Positions 54,300 through 63,592 of a stretch of 64,000 bases of DNA are shown here, in pieces. The notes under the pieces were generated by a model. The model saw only the letters and a program-made list of their open reading frames with translations, was not told the origin of the DNA and ran no database searches. The stretch is taken from assembly GCA_021824095.1 (NCBI GenBank), contig JAKALQ010000002.1, forward strand, positions 935-64,934. Direction: 5' to 3'. Each line of letters begins with the position of its first letter. The stretch's first letter is position 1. The position numbers and the translations under genes were made by a program. The DNA is from Actinomycetes bacterium (GTDB taxonomy: Bacteria; Actinomycetota; Actinomycetes; S36-B12; UBA5976).

Positions 54300-55280
54300 T
54301 CAGGCGTTGACCGTCGACATATCAGGGTAGCGATCTCCGGCGGTTGCGCCCACCGGCGCCAGCCCATCGAGCTCGGCCAGTTCCTCCGGCGTGAAGGTGA
54401 CCGAGGCCGCAGCCACGTTCTCCTCCAGCCGCTCGATGCGCTTGGTACCCGGGATCGGCACCACGTCGTGGCCCTGGGCGAGCAGCCACGCCAGCGCCAA
54501 CTGCGCGGGCGTGATGCCCTTGCGGGACGCGAAGGCCTCGAGGCGGTCGAGCAGCTCGAGGTTCTGCTCGATGTTGCCGTCCTTGAAGCGAGGGCTGTTG
54601 CGGCGGTAGTCACCCGGCTCCAGGCCCTCGACCGAACGGATGGCACCGGAGAGGAACCCGCGCCCCATGGGCGAGTAGGCAACGAACCCGATGCCGAGCT
54701 CGCGCACCGTGGCCAGCACGTCGTTCGCCTCGACGTCGCGCGTCCACAGCGACCACTCGGTCTGCAGCGCGGTGATCGGGTGCACGGCATGCGCCCGACG
54801 GATGGTGGCGGGCGCCGCCTCCGAGATGCCGAGGTGGCGCACCTTGCCGGCATCGACGAGCTCCCGCATCGCGCCCCAGGTCTCCTCGATCGGCACGGTG
54901 CGGTCGACGCGGTGCTGGTAGTAGAGGTCGATGACGTCGACACCGAGGCGCTGCAATGAGGCGTCACAGGCGGCACGGACGTACTCCGGGCGGCCGTTGA
55001 TGCCCACCCAGCTGCCGTCCGGACGGCGTTCGTTGCCGAACTTCGTCGCGAGCACGACGCGATCCCGCCGGTCATGGATGGCCTTGCCGACGAGCTGCTC
55101 GTTGGTGAACGGCCCGTACATGTCAGCGGTGTCGAGGAAGGTGACCCCGAGGTCGATGGCCCGGTGGATGGTGTCGATGGCTCGCTGCTCGTCGCGGCCG
55201 CCATAGAAGTCGCTCATGCCCATGCAGCCGAGGCCGAGGGCCGAGACGGTGAGGTTGCCGCCCAGCGTGCGCTGTTCCAT
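54300..55280 (-). CDS. Aldo/keto reductase
   Basis: AKR sequence (LGLGCMGMS...DTADMYG...). AAGGAG lies upstream of the ATG. Confidence 0.9.
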   Translation of the reverse strand: MEQRTLGGNLTVSALGLGCMGMSDFYGGRDEQRAIDTIHRAIDLGVTFLDTADMYGPFTNEQLVGKAIHDRRDRVVLATKFGNERRPDGSWVGINGRPEYVRAACDASLQRLGVDVIDLYYQHRVDRTVPIEETWGAMRELVDAGKVRHLGISEAAPATIRRAHAVHPITALQTEWSLWTRDVEANDVLATVRELGIGFVAYSPMGRGFLSGAIRSVEGLEPGDYRRNSPRFKDGNIEQNLELLDRLEAFASRKGITPAQLALAWLLAQGHDVVPIPGTKRIERLEENVAAASVTFTPEELAELDGLAPVGATAGDRYPDMSTVNA

Positions 55281-55308
55281 TGATGCTCCTTGTGGGAAGG
55301 GGGTCGGG

Positions 55309-56640
55309 TCAGGGGTGGAGAAGGTTGCCGATGAGCTCGCCTCGCGTGAGCGGGAGGCCCGCCGCGCCGTGGTGCGGCTTCACGGCGATGGTCTGGAAGA
55401 TCGTGATGGGCCCGGTCTCGAAGGCCACAGCCGAGCCGGCCATGTAGAGCCACCAGACGCGCGCCCGCTCCTCACCCACGAGCTCGACGGCACGGGCCCA
55501 GTGCTCGCGCAGGTTGCGCACCCAGGCCCGCAGCGTGAGCGCGTAGTGCTCGCGCAGCGACTCGACGTCACGCACCTCGAAGCCCGCCTGCTCGAGGGCG
55601 GCGTTCATCGTCGTCATGGTCTCGAGCTCGCCGTCAGGGAAGACGTAGCGGTCGATGAAGGAGCGATTGTCGCGCAGTGCCGTCGAGCGCTTCGGCGGAG
55701 GCGGCGGGAAGGTGCTCGCGATGGCGTGGTTGAGCAGGCGGCCACCGGGCCGCAGGAGGGCGTGGAGGGCAGCTGCGTACGTCGGCAGGTTCACGGCGCC
55801 TACGTGCTCCGCCATGCCGACACTCGAGATGGCGTCGAAGGGCCCGTCATTGATGTCGCGGTAGTCCTGCAGGCGGAACTCCACGCGATCGCCCACGCCG
55901 GCGGCCTCTGCGGCCGCCTGCGCCCAGGCGCGCTGCTCGGTGCTCAGGGTGATACCGACACCCGTGATGCCGTGGTGCACGGCGGCGTGGATGAGCAACG
56001 TGCCCCAGCCGCTGCCGACGTCGAGCATGCGCATCCCCGGACGCAGGCCCAGCTTGCGGCTGATGAGCTCGGCCTTGTCACGCTGCGCCTGCTCCAGACC
56101 CGCGTCCGTCGTGCGCCAATAGCCACAGGAGTACGTCATGGTCTCGCCGAGGAAGAGTCGGTAGAAGTCGTTGCCGACGTCGTAATGGTGGCTCACCGAC
56201 TCCTTGTCGCGTCCGCGCGAGTGCGCCGCGGACGTGCGGCGCGGCATCTCGGTGGCCGGGGCCGGGGGCTCCTTGCCGATGACCCCGAGGCGTCGCGCGA
56301 TGCCGAGCAGCTCGGTCTTCGACACCGAGCCCGTCGGCTCGTCCTGGCCCGTCTGCACGATCGGCAGCACCTGATCGAGGATCTCGAAGATGTCGGCCTC
56401 GGTGTCGAGCTCGCCCGTCACGAAGGCGCGCGCCAACCCAATCTCGCCCGGTTGGTAGGCGATGCGGGTGAGCGCCTGCTTGTTGCGCACATGCACCGCG
56501 GGCCACTCCGCGTCGCCGCTCTCGTTGCCGTCCCAGTCGATGATGCGGATCGGGAGCGACTGGCCGACCATGCGCTCGAGCAACCCATGGATCTCGTGTG
56601 CAGCCGTCGTTCCGACAGATCCGGTCTTGGTCTCCGTCAT
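55309..56640 (-). CDS. cfa: Cyclopropane-fatty-acyl-phospholipid synthase family SAM-dependent methyltransferase
   Basis: [24 protein letters not shown] and SAM motif [10 protein letters not shown]. Confidence 0.85.
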   Translation of the reverse strand: MTETKTGSVGTTAAHEIHGLLERMVGQSLPIRIIDWDGNESGDAEWPAVHVRNKQALTRIAYQPGEIGLARAFVTGELDTEADIFEILDQVLPIVQTGQDEPTGSVSKTELLGIARRLGVIGKEPPAPATEMPRRTSAAHSRGRDKESVSHHYDVGNDFYRLFLGETMTYSCGYWRTTDAGLEQAQRDKAELISRKLGLRPGMRMLDVGSGWGTLLIHAAVHHGITGVGITLSTEQRAWAQAAAEAAGVGDRVEFRLQDYRDINDGPFDAISSVGMAEHVGAVNLPTYAAALHALLRPGGRLLNHAIASTFPPPPPKRSTALRDNRSFIDRYVFPDGELETMTTMNAALEQAGFEVRDVESLREHYALTLRAWVRNLREHWARAVELVGEERARVWWLYMAGSAVAFETGPITIFQTIAVKPHHGAAGLPLTRGELIGNLLHP

Positions 56641-56686
56641 GCCCTCTCCCTATCGCCACGCGAGAGTCCATCGCAAGTCGGCTAAC

Positions 56687-56702
56687 GGTTCGTTAACGAA
56701 CC
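56687..56702. promoter_or_regulatory. Perfect 16-bp palindrome GGTTCGTTAACGAACC upstream of the cfa gene
   Basis: Seen directly. Lies 47-62 nt upstream of the cfa ATG (56640). Confidence 0.45.
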
Positions 56703-56790
56703 CGGGAGTCGACGGGCACCTCCCCGCAGGGAAGCAACCAATCAGCGCAAGGCTCTGTCGCAGACAGATATCGGTCACTGGTGAGGGTAC

Positions 56791-57552
56791 TCACCACTGT
56801 CGTGCGCTTGGCCCCCGGCGTCCACGTCGCTGCTGCTGGGCGGCCATTGACGAGGCCACGGCACGGCGCTCGGCGGCGAAGGCCACGGCAGCGTCATCGT
56901 GAACGGCCGTGGTGTCGATGCCGAGGCGGCGCAGGATCACATCCGCGAGCTCAGGGTTGCGTGCAAGCGCCGGGCCGTGCATGTAGGTGCCGATGACGCT
57001 GTCGGTGACGACGCCGTCCACCGCGCCGATGCCGTTGCCATTGCCCAGCGTCATGCTGCCGAGCGGCTGCAGGCCGTCGCGCAGCTCGGTGATGCCCCGG
57101 TGGTTCTCGAAGCCCGTGAGCATGGTGCCGGTGAGGGGCGAGCGCATCGCGATCTCACCGATGAGGCGCTCGACGCCACGATGCGTGGTGACGGGCAGCA
57201 ACGACAGGCCCTCCACTGGCTCACCCCGCGACCCGGGGAAGACGTCACCGAGGATCTGCAGGCCGGCGCAGATGGCCAGCACCTGCGCCCCCCGCGCCAT
57301 GGCGGCGGCAAGGGTGTCCGCACCGCGTCCGCGCAGGGCCTGCACACAGGCAATCTGCGCAACGTCCTCGCCCCCGCCGATGCAGTAGACGTCCGCACCC
57401 GACGGCAGCGGTTCGGTGTGCGCGACAGGGTGCACGACGGCATCGACACCAGCCAGGCGGGCACGGTGCGAGAGCACCTCGGCATTGCCACCGTCACCGT
57501 AGGTACCCAAGAGCTCGGGGTGCACGACGACGATCTCGATGCTGCGCGTCAT
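56791..57552 (-). CDS. gatD: Lipid II isoglutaminyl synthase glutaminase subunit GatD (CobQ/CobB-type amidotransferase)
   Basis: GATase-3-like sequence directly downstream of murT, overlapping it (ATGA). Confidence 0.8.
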   Translation of the reverse strand: MTRSIEIVVVHPELLGTYGDGGNAEVLSHRARLAGVDAVVHPVAHTEPLPSGADVYCIGGGEDVAQIACVQALRGRGADTLAAAMARGAQVLAICAGLQILGDVFPGSRGEPVEGLSLLPVTTHRGVERLIGEIAMRSPLTGTMLTGFENHRGITELRDGLQPLGSMTLGNGNGIGAVDGVVTDSVIGTYMHGPALARNPELADVILRRLGIDTTAVHDDAAVAFAAERRAVASSMAAQQQRRGRRGPSARQW

Positions 57553-58679
57553 GATGCCACCGCGATGTAGGCCGTGTACGACATGAGGACGGTGATGGCC
57601 TGGTCGCTCGGCAGCGCGGCGACCGCCTGCTCGAGGTCGGCCGCCACGCGGTGGGGCACGCCGGCAACACCGATGCGATAGGCCGCGTCGAGCCGACGCT
57701 CGCCCGTGACGACGACGTCATGGCCGCGCAGCGGTGTGTAGTCGACGTCCCAGAGCCAGGACGTGTCGCGGCCGTCGACGCCGCGCGCATTCACCGCGAG
57801 CACCACCGGCCCGGCCGGCAGGTGCGCCAGGGCCTCCGTCCACGAGGCCGGGTTCTTCACCAGGCGCAGGTGCAGGTCGCGTCCGGCGAGGCGTAGCGAC
57901 GCCACCCGGTCGCGCGTGCGGTCGACGGGCGGGTCGGCAACGCCCATCCAGCGGGCGGCTTCGCGGGCCAGTGCCGCGTTGCGCTCGACGGCGCCTGCCG
58001 CCTGCTCGGTGCGATGCACGCTGCGTCCACCGAGCCCGCACTGGGCGCAGTGGTAGCGCGGTGGCTGCCAGGTGAGCGGGTGCGAGCAGCCCGGGCAGCA
58101 GGCGGCGTCGAGGTGCGTGCGAAAGCCGAAGCCGAGGCGCGTGGTGCGCTCGTGCGCCTGCGTCACGTAGGCGAGGAAGGGGTCCTCGTAGTCGATGATG
58201 GCGTGCACCTCGGGATGGCGGTCGAGCGCCTCGCGCCACCGGTTGGCGATGACGCGCACCTCCTGGGTGCGGTGCAGTTGGTCACGGCTGAGGTTGAGCA
58301 GCAGCACCGCCTGCGGCTGCAGCGCGTCAAGCATGAGCGGCAGGTGCATCTCGTCCACCTCGAGCGCCACCGTCTGCGCGCGGGGCCGGGCGGCGAGCGC
58401 TGCGGCAATGCCGCCGGTGAGGTTGGCACCCGTGCCGTTGGTGGACACCGGACCGAGGGGCGCGAGGAGCGAGGCCAGCAGCCCGGTCGTCGAGGTCTTG
58501 CCGTTGGTGCCGCTCACGAGCACGATGCGACGCCCGGCCGCCAGTTCACGCAGGGCGGACGGCGCGACCGCCACGAGCACCCGACCGGCGATGGCGACGC
58601 CGTTGCCGCGACCGAGCAGGCGGGAGGCGGTGCCGGCGGCAGCGGCCGCGACGAGGCCGAGGCGCAGGCGGAGCGACAT
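57549..58679 (-). CDS. murT: Lipid II isoglutaminyl synthase subunit MurT (Mur-ligase family with zinc ribbon)
   Basis: GTNGKTSTT P-loop, Cys4 ribbon CPGCSHPL...HCAQCG and a DUF1727-like C-terminus. TAGACT lies 6 nt before the ATG. Confidence 0.85.
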   Translation of the reverse strand: MSLRLRLGLVAAAAAGTASRLLGRGNGVAIAGRVLVAVAPSALRELAAGRRIVLVSGTNGKTSTTGLLASLLAPLGPVSTNGTGANLTGGIAAALAARPRAQTVALEVDEMHLPLMLDALQPQAVLLLNLSRDQLHRTQEVRVIANRWREALDRHPEVHAIIDYEDPFLAYVTQAHERTTRLGFGFRTHLDAACCPGCSHPLTWQPPRYHCAQCGLGGRSVHRTEQAAGAVERNAALAREAARWMGVADPPVDRTRDRVASLRLAGRDLHLRLVKNPASWTEALAHLPAGPVVLAVNARGVDGRDTSWLWDVDYTPLRGHDVVVTGERRLDAAYRIGVAGVPHRVAADLEQAVAALPSDQAITVLMSYTAYIAVAS

Positions 58680-58869
58680 GGCGTCAGTCTAGGAACCCAC
58701 CCTGGCCCGTCATTCCATCGGCGCTCATCGTGCGACCGGGACCGGCCATCCCGTGAGACCTTGCCTGAATCTGGCATTTCCCTCACGGACCCCTGTGCCG
58801 CGCCACATAGCGTCGCGCTCCGTGACACGGAGGGCATGCAGGCCCTCCGCTGAACGGGATGGGGACATC

Positions 58870-59976
58870 GTGGGACGCATGGCAGGGGCCTTCCGATCGC
58901 ACATCGTGCAGGCGGTGGTGGCAGTCGTCCTCGTGGTCGCGCTCAGCCTTGGGTGGTCAATCAAGCAGACCATCAACGTCATGCCGAACAGCCCCATCTC
59001 GGTGCAGATCGCGGAGTGGGGGCGCACACACGGCCTCGGCTTCTTCGTGACGCAGTACGAGCTCTTCCTCGATCGACTGCACCCGCTCAAGGTCGGCGGC
59101 ATGCCCGACCTGTCGATCCTGCGGGCACTCGCGAAGGAGGGCACCACGGTGGGAGCGCGCGCGCCCATGCCCACGCCATTGACGCCCGCACTTCCCGGTG
59201 AGGGCACCTTCCGCGTCCTTCGGTCCGTACACGGCACGCCCGCGATGCAGGAGACGTTCGTCCGCCCGGACGCCACGTCGTCGGCCTACCTCACGAGCGT
59301 CATCATCATGTCCGGACACAACACCCGCCTCACGCTGCACCCCGGCATGATGGATCCCGGCACGCCGACCGCCTTCCACAGCCTCGCGCACCTGTCGAAC
59401 AAGGCGAGCACCGGGCTGCTCAGCAGCTTCAACAGCGGCTTCCTCGTACAGGACTCCCAGGGCGGCTTCTACCTGAACGGCCATACGGCCGGACAACTGC
59501 GCAATGGTGCCGCGTCGGTCGTCACCTACAAGGACGGGCACACGACCGTCGGCATGTGGGGCCGAGACATGCACATGACGCCGAACATCGTGTCGGTGCG
59601 ACAGAACCTGCGCCTCATCGTGGACAACGGTGCACCGGTACCGAACATGGACGCGGCCGTCGCGTCACGTTTCGGTGCGGCCGCCGGAGCCACCATCCGC
59701 ACGTGGCGCTCCGGGCTGGGAGTGACGGCCAACGGCGACCTCGTGTACGCGATGGGCAACGGCCTCACGGCGTACGCGCTCGCCGATGTGATGGCGAAGG
59801 CCGGCGCGGTGCGCGCCATGCCGCTCGACATCAACTTCCACTCCACCGTGTACATCTGGTACACGAAGGGCCACAACGGCCTCGTCGTGCCGCACAAGGT
59901 GCTGAAGCCCGCACGCGGCCCCTTCACCTTCATCGGCAACGACGCCCGCGACTTCTTCGCCCTGTACGCGAAGTAG
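58870..59976 (+). CDS. Phosphodiester glycosidase (DUF2233/NAGPA-like) family protein with N-terminal membrane anchor
   Basis: TM/signal anchor IVQAVVAVVLVVALSLGW. C-terminal region resembles DUF2233 proteins (TWRSGLGVTANGDLVYA...PLDINFH). Start is GTG 58870 or ATG 58879. Confidence 0.65.
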   Translation: MGRMAGAFRSHIVQAVVAVVLVVALSLGWSIKQTINVMPNSPISVQIAEWGRTHGLGFFVTQYELFLDRLHPLKVGGMPDLSILRALAKEGTTVGARAPMPTPLTPALPGEGTFRVLRSVHGTPAMQETFVRPDATSSAYLTSVIIMSGHNTRLTLHPGMMDPGTPTAFHSLAHLSNKASTGLLSSFNSGFLVQDSQGGFYLNGHTAGQLRNGAASVVTYKDGHTTVGMWGRDMHMTPNIVSVRQNLRLIVDNGAPVPNMDAAVASRFGAAAGATIRTWRSGLGVTANGDLVYAMGNGLTAYALADVMAKAGAVRAMPLDINFHSTVYIWYTKGHNGLVVPHKVLKPARGPFTFIGNDARDFFALYAK

Positions 59977-60032
59977 CCGGCGCAGGGGGCGGGGCGACGC
60001 CCTAGCCGCGCGACATACCCCCGCCCATGCGC

Positions 60033-60086
60033 GATCTGTGGTTTCGGGCCAGAAATCCGCCGGATTCGGGCCCGAAACCACAGATC
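60033..60086. repeat. Hairpin repeat copy 1 (REP/MITE-like)
   Basis: GATCTGTGGTTTCGGGCC ... GGCCCGAAACCACAGATC, 18-bp perfect arms. Shared flanks extend the unit to about 60029-60091. Confidence 0.85.
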
Positions 60087-60138
60087 ATCGGCATCGACGC
60101 CTGACAGGCGGATGCTGCTGGACGTCAGGGAATGGACG

Positions 60139-60618
60139 TCAGACGCGACCCTCGTAGGCGGCGCGAAGTGCGGCGATGTCGAGACGCGACATGCCGAGCA
60201 TGGCCTGCATCGCGCGGCCGGCGCCCGCGGCGTCCGGCCCACCGAGCCAGTCGCCGAGTCCCGGCGGGATCACCTGCCAGGACAAGCCGAAGCGATCCTT
60301 GAGCCATCCGCAGCGTCCCGGCTCACCGCCATCGCACAGGGCGTCCCAGTAGTGGTCGGCCTCCTCCTGCGACGAGCACTCGATGGCGAAGCTCACCGCC
60401 TCCGAGAACTGGAACATGGGCCCGCCGTTGAGCGCCGTGTAGGTCTGGCCGCGAAGGCGGAAGCGCACGAGCATGACGTCGCCCGCCGCGTTCGACGGGG
60501 TGTCACCCCCGGCGCGCGTGACCTCGAGCACCTCGCTGTCGGGGAAGAGCCCGACGTACATGCTGGCGGCCTCCTCGGCGACACCGTCGAACCAGAGGCA
60601 GGGCGAGATGCGTTCCAT
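60139..60618 (-). CDS. VOC-superfamily protein (PhnB / 3-demethylubiquinone-9 3-methyltransferase-domain-like)
   Basis: MERISPCLWFDGVAEEAASMYVGLFPDS...CGWLKDRFGLSWQV is typical of this family. ATG 60618 is chosen over the track start. Confidence 0.8.
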   Translation of the reverse strand: MERISPCLWFDGVAEEAASMYVGLFPDSEVLEVTRAGGDTPSNAAGDVMLVRFRLRGQTYTALNGGPMFQFSEAVSFAIECSSQEEADHYWDALCDGGEPGRCGWLKDRFGLSWQVIPPGLGDWLGGPDAAGAGRAMQAMLGMSRLDIAALRAAYEGRV

Positions 60619-60736
60619 GCGCCCATCCTTGCCGCTGCGCACCCGTCGACGACCCTCGGCACGCGGCACTGCCCCAACGAGTCACTGCCCCAGCGCGGCA
60701 CTGCCCCAGCGCGCGTCGACGCGTCCCACCTCGCGC

Positions 60737-60790
60737 GATCTGTGGTTTCGGGCCCGAATATCGCGAGATTCGGGCCCGAAACCACAGATC
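60737..60790. repeat. Hairpin repeat copy 2 (REP/MITE-like)
   Basis: Same outer arms as copy 1. The stem extends to 23 bp (..CCCGAAT / ATTCGGG..). Shared flanks extend the unit to about 60733-60795. Confidence 0.85.
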
Positions 60791-60944
60791 AGCGGCTGCC
60801 TGGGGCGCTTGGGGCGAAGGCGTCCACCAATCCCACGGCGAGGTCAGACGCAGGGAGGCATGCCGGCGGTGCCCAGCATGCATCGATGCCCCACCGGAGA
60901 TTCCGATGGGGCATCGACCCGAATCCACGGGTGGGTGCGACAGG

Positions 60945-61334
60945 TCAGTTGGCGTCCTGGTGCCCAGGCTCGGTGGGGTTCGCGTCCGGACCCTGGTTGG
61001 GGCCGTCATGCACCGACGATGCCTCGGACGAGGCGGATTCCGTCGAGGCCTCCGTGGCAGATTCGGCCGCCGACTCCGTGGTGGCCTCTGCGGATGTCCC
61101 CGCGGCCGCCTCGGCTGCGTCCTCTGCCGGCGTCGTCGGATCCTGGTGACCCTGCTCGACGACGCTGGTGAGCGGGGCCGGCGTCGTCGCTCCGAGCGAA
61201 TCGACGGTGGTGACCGACGGCGACGACGTCGTGGATCCGGTGCCTGCTGCCATGGCGATCCCGGTGCCGCCGAGGATGGCGATGCCACTGGCTGCGACGC
61301 TGGCCACGATGCGCTGCTTTCGCGTGATGTTCAT
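60945..61334 (-). CDS. Secreted low-complexity acidic Thr/Ser/Ala/Glu-rich protein, unknown function
   Basis: ATG 61334 with GAGAGAGG upstream. Signal peptide MNITRKQRIVASVAASGIAILGGTGIAMA. GHQD occurs twice. Confidence 0.55.
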   Translation of the reverse strand: MNITRKQRIVASVAASGIAILGGTGIAMAAGTGSTTSSPSVTTVDSLGATTPAPLTSVVEQGHQDPTTPAEDAAEAAAGTSAEATTESAAESATEASTESASSEASSVHDGPNQGPDANPTEPGHQDAN

Positions 61335-61500
61335 GATCGTGCCTCTCTCTTCGTCGACCACCCTGGTGTGATCGATCTGGTGGAAGCCTGTCGACTGCTG
61401 CCTGAGAGGCCGCTGAATCCTGCTGAGTGACTGCTGAATGCGCTGAGAGCCTCCTCAGCATGACGTCCGCGGACGAGCGCGGGCTCAATATGCTCGCGTC

Positions 61501-62883
61501 ATGGATGTGATGGCGGGCTTGCGCTCGCGCTGGCATCGCACCGGGGTGCGCGCCAGATCCACCATCGCCGCATCCGCGATCCTCGGTGTCGTGCTGGTGG
61601 CCGCCGGCGTGCTCGTCTCGATCGCCCTGCAGGCAATGCTCGTGAACTCGACGCGGCAGGCGGTCGCACTCCGGGCACATGACATCGCCACCCAGGTGGC
61701 CGCGCGCGGTGTGTCGGCAGTGCAGGCCGTCCTCGTGACGTCCAGCACGGACCAGACGGTCATCCAGGTCGTCCGCTTGCACGGCGGCGTCGTCGCCGCC
61801 ACATCCGGAGCAGTGGGTGAGGCCGCGATGCTCCCCACCGGTCCCGGGATACCGGGCACCACAACAGCCGAGGGTCGATTGCCCTTCATCGACAACGCCC
61901 ATTACATGCTGGCGCGTGAGCGGGTCTCCGGCACTGACCTGGCCGTGATCACGGCGCAGTCCCTGGCCCCGGTCGATGCAGCGGTCCGGGATGTCCGCCT
62001 CGCACTGCTCGTCCTCCTGCCCATGGTGCTGGTCATCACGGGCTGGGCGATCTGGGGTGCGGTTGGCAATTCCCTGCGCAGCATCGACGCCATCCGTCGA
62101 CGCGTGGACACCATCGGCGGCGGCGACCTGCACCAGCGGATCGTCATCCCACCCGCGCAGGACGAGGTTGCCCATCTGGCCCGCACGATGAACAGCATGC
62201 TGGAGCGACTGGACACCTCCGCCCGGGCACAGCGCCGCTTCATCGCGGACGCCAGTCATGAACTGCGCAGCCCGCTCGCCTCGATGCGATTGAGTCTGGA
62301 CGTCGAGCAGGCCACGGGTCGCCCACACGAGGATGCCGACGTGCTCGGCTCGGAGCTCGATCGCATGACACGTCTGGTGAACGACCTGCTCCTCCTCGCG
62401 AAAGTGGACGAGCGGGCCCTCACCCTGCAGCGACAGGACGTGGACCTCGATGACATCGTGGCCGCAGAGGTGCGTCGCCTGCGACACCAGACACACCTCG
62501 ACGTGCATGCGGACATCGCACCCGTCCGCATCATCGGCGACCCGGACCGACTCGCACAGGCCGTCCGCAACCTCACCGATAACGCGCAGCGCCACGCGCA
62601 CGGTCGCATCGACATCGGGCTCAGCGAGGCTTCCCACCTGGTTCGCATCATCGTGGCCGACGACGGCGACGGCATCCCGGTTGCGGAGCGTGACCGTGTC
62701 TTCGAACGATTCGTGCGCCTCGACGAGCATCGCTCCCGTGGCGCCGGCGGCTCCGGACTCGGTCTCGCGATCACACAGGAGATCGTCCACGCGCACGGCG
62801 GACGCGTGCATGTGGAGCAAGGCGCATTGGGTGGCGCTCAGTTCGTCGTGACGCTGCCCGTCGATACGGCATCGAGCCGGTAG
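61501..62883 (+). CDS. Sensor histidine kinase (2 TM, HAMP, HisKA, HATPase)
   Basis: H-box FIADASHELRSPLASM, N-box NLTDNAQRHA, G-box GGSGLGLAI. TATGCT lies 6 nt before the ATG. Confidence 0.9.
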   Translation: MDVMAGLRSRWHRTGVRARSTIAASAILGVVLVAAGVLVSIALQAMLVNSTRQAVALRAHDIATQVAARGVSAVQAVLVTSSTDQTVIQVVRLHGGVVAATSGAVGEAAMLPTGPGIPGTTTAEGRLPFIDNAHYMLARERVSGTDLAVITAQSLAPVDAAVRDVRLALLVLLPMVLVITGWAIWGAVGNSLRSIDAIRRRVDTIGGGDLHQRIVIPPAQDEVAHLARTMNSMLERLDTSARAQRRFIADASHELRSPLASMRLSLDVEQATGRPHEDADVLGSELDRMTRLVNDLLLLAKVDERALTLQRQDVDLDDIVAAEVRRLRHQTHLDVHADIAPVRIIGDPDRLAQAVRNLTDNAQRHAHGRIDIGLSEASHLVRIIVADDGDGIPVAERDRVFERFVRLDEHRSRGAGGSGLGLAITQEIVHAHGGRVHVEQGALGGAQFVVTLPVDTASSR

Positions 62884-63539
62884 CCGAAGCCGCGCACGGT
62901 GACGATCGACTGCACGGCGAAGGGCGCATCGAGCTTGCGGCGCAGGTAGCCGACGTAGACCTCGATGATGTTCAGTGGCCCTTCGAACTCACTGTCCCAG
63001 ACGGCGTCGATGATGTCCGACTTCGTCACCACTTCCCCAACGTGGTGCATGAGGTACTCCAGGAGTGCGTACTCGCGCGGTGTCAGCACAATGTCCTGCC
63101 CAGCGCGACGCACTGTCCGGGTCACCGGATCCAGCCGCAGGTCACCAGCCTCGAGGATGACCGGACGCTCGGCTCGCCCCCGCCGGAGGAGGGCGCGAAT
63201 GCGCGCCACAAGCACGATGAAGCTGAAGGGCTTCGTCAGGTAGTCGTCCGCCCCCAGATCGAACGCATCGGTCTGGTCGTACTCGCCGTCCTTCGCCGTG
63301 AGCATGAGCACCGGGGTCCAGACGCCGCGGGCACGCAGCCGCTCCAGGACCTTGTAGCCATTCAGCTTCGGCAGCATGAGGTCGAGGATGATGACGTCGT
63401 ACTCCTGCTCGGTTGCCCGCCAGAGTCCGTCCTCGCCGTCGAAGGCAAGGTCAACGACGAACCCCTCGGATCGAAGGCCACGCTGCACGGATTCGGCGAG
63501 GTTCACCTCGTCGTCCACGACCAGTACGCGCACGAGCAT
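62838..63539 (-). CDS. OmpR-family response regulator
   Basis: Receiver VLVVDDE...DVIILDLMLPKLNG...MLTAKD...DDYLTKPF and a winged-helix C-terminus. GAGGAGG lies upstream of the ATG. Confidence 0.9.
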   Translation of the reverse strand: MLVRVLVVDDEVNLAESVQRGLRSEGFVVDLAFDGEDGLWRATEQEYDVIILDLMLPKLNGYKVLERLRARGVWTPVLMLTAKDGEYDQTDAFDLGADDYLTKPFSFIVLVARIRALLRRGRAERPVILEAGDLRLDPVTRTVRRAGQDIVLTPREYALLEYLMHHVGEVVTKSDIIDAVWDSEFEGPLNIIEVYVGYLRRKLDAPFAVQSIVTVRGFGYRLDAVSTGSVTTN

Positions 63540-63556
63540 CCCTCCTCACGGCAGGC

Positions 63557-63585
63557 GGTGGGGCGGGGAGCAGGCCCGCCCCACC
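63557..63585 (-). terminator. GC-rich stem-loop between the unknown upstream gene and the response regulator gene
   Basis: GGTGGGGCGGG / CCCGCCCCACC, 11 bp with a 7-nt loop. Confidence 0.5.
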
Positions 63586-63592
63586 CGGATCT

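Noticed and set aside
59977-60945. Insertion sequence or genomic island around the hairpin repeats
   Set aside because: There is no transposase, integrase, tRNA target or GC shift. The only enclosed gene is an ordinary VOC-family gene. The repeats are short palindromes, reported as REP/MITE-like rather than as a mobile element.
60945-61334. Tandem-repeat or RiPP-precursor interpretation of the acidic Thr/Ser/Ala/Glu-rich ORF
   Set aside because: The repeats are only compositional (AEA/TES-type runs), not exact tandem units. The protein has an ordinary signal peptide, and no maturase gene is adjacent. The radical SAM gene is 30 kb away in the heme operon.
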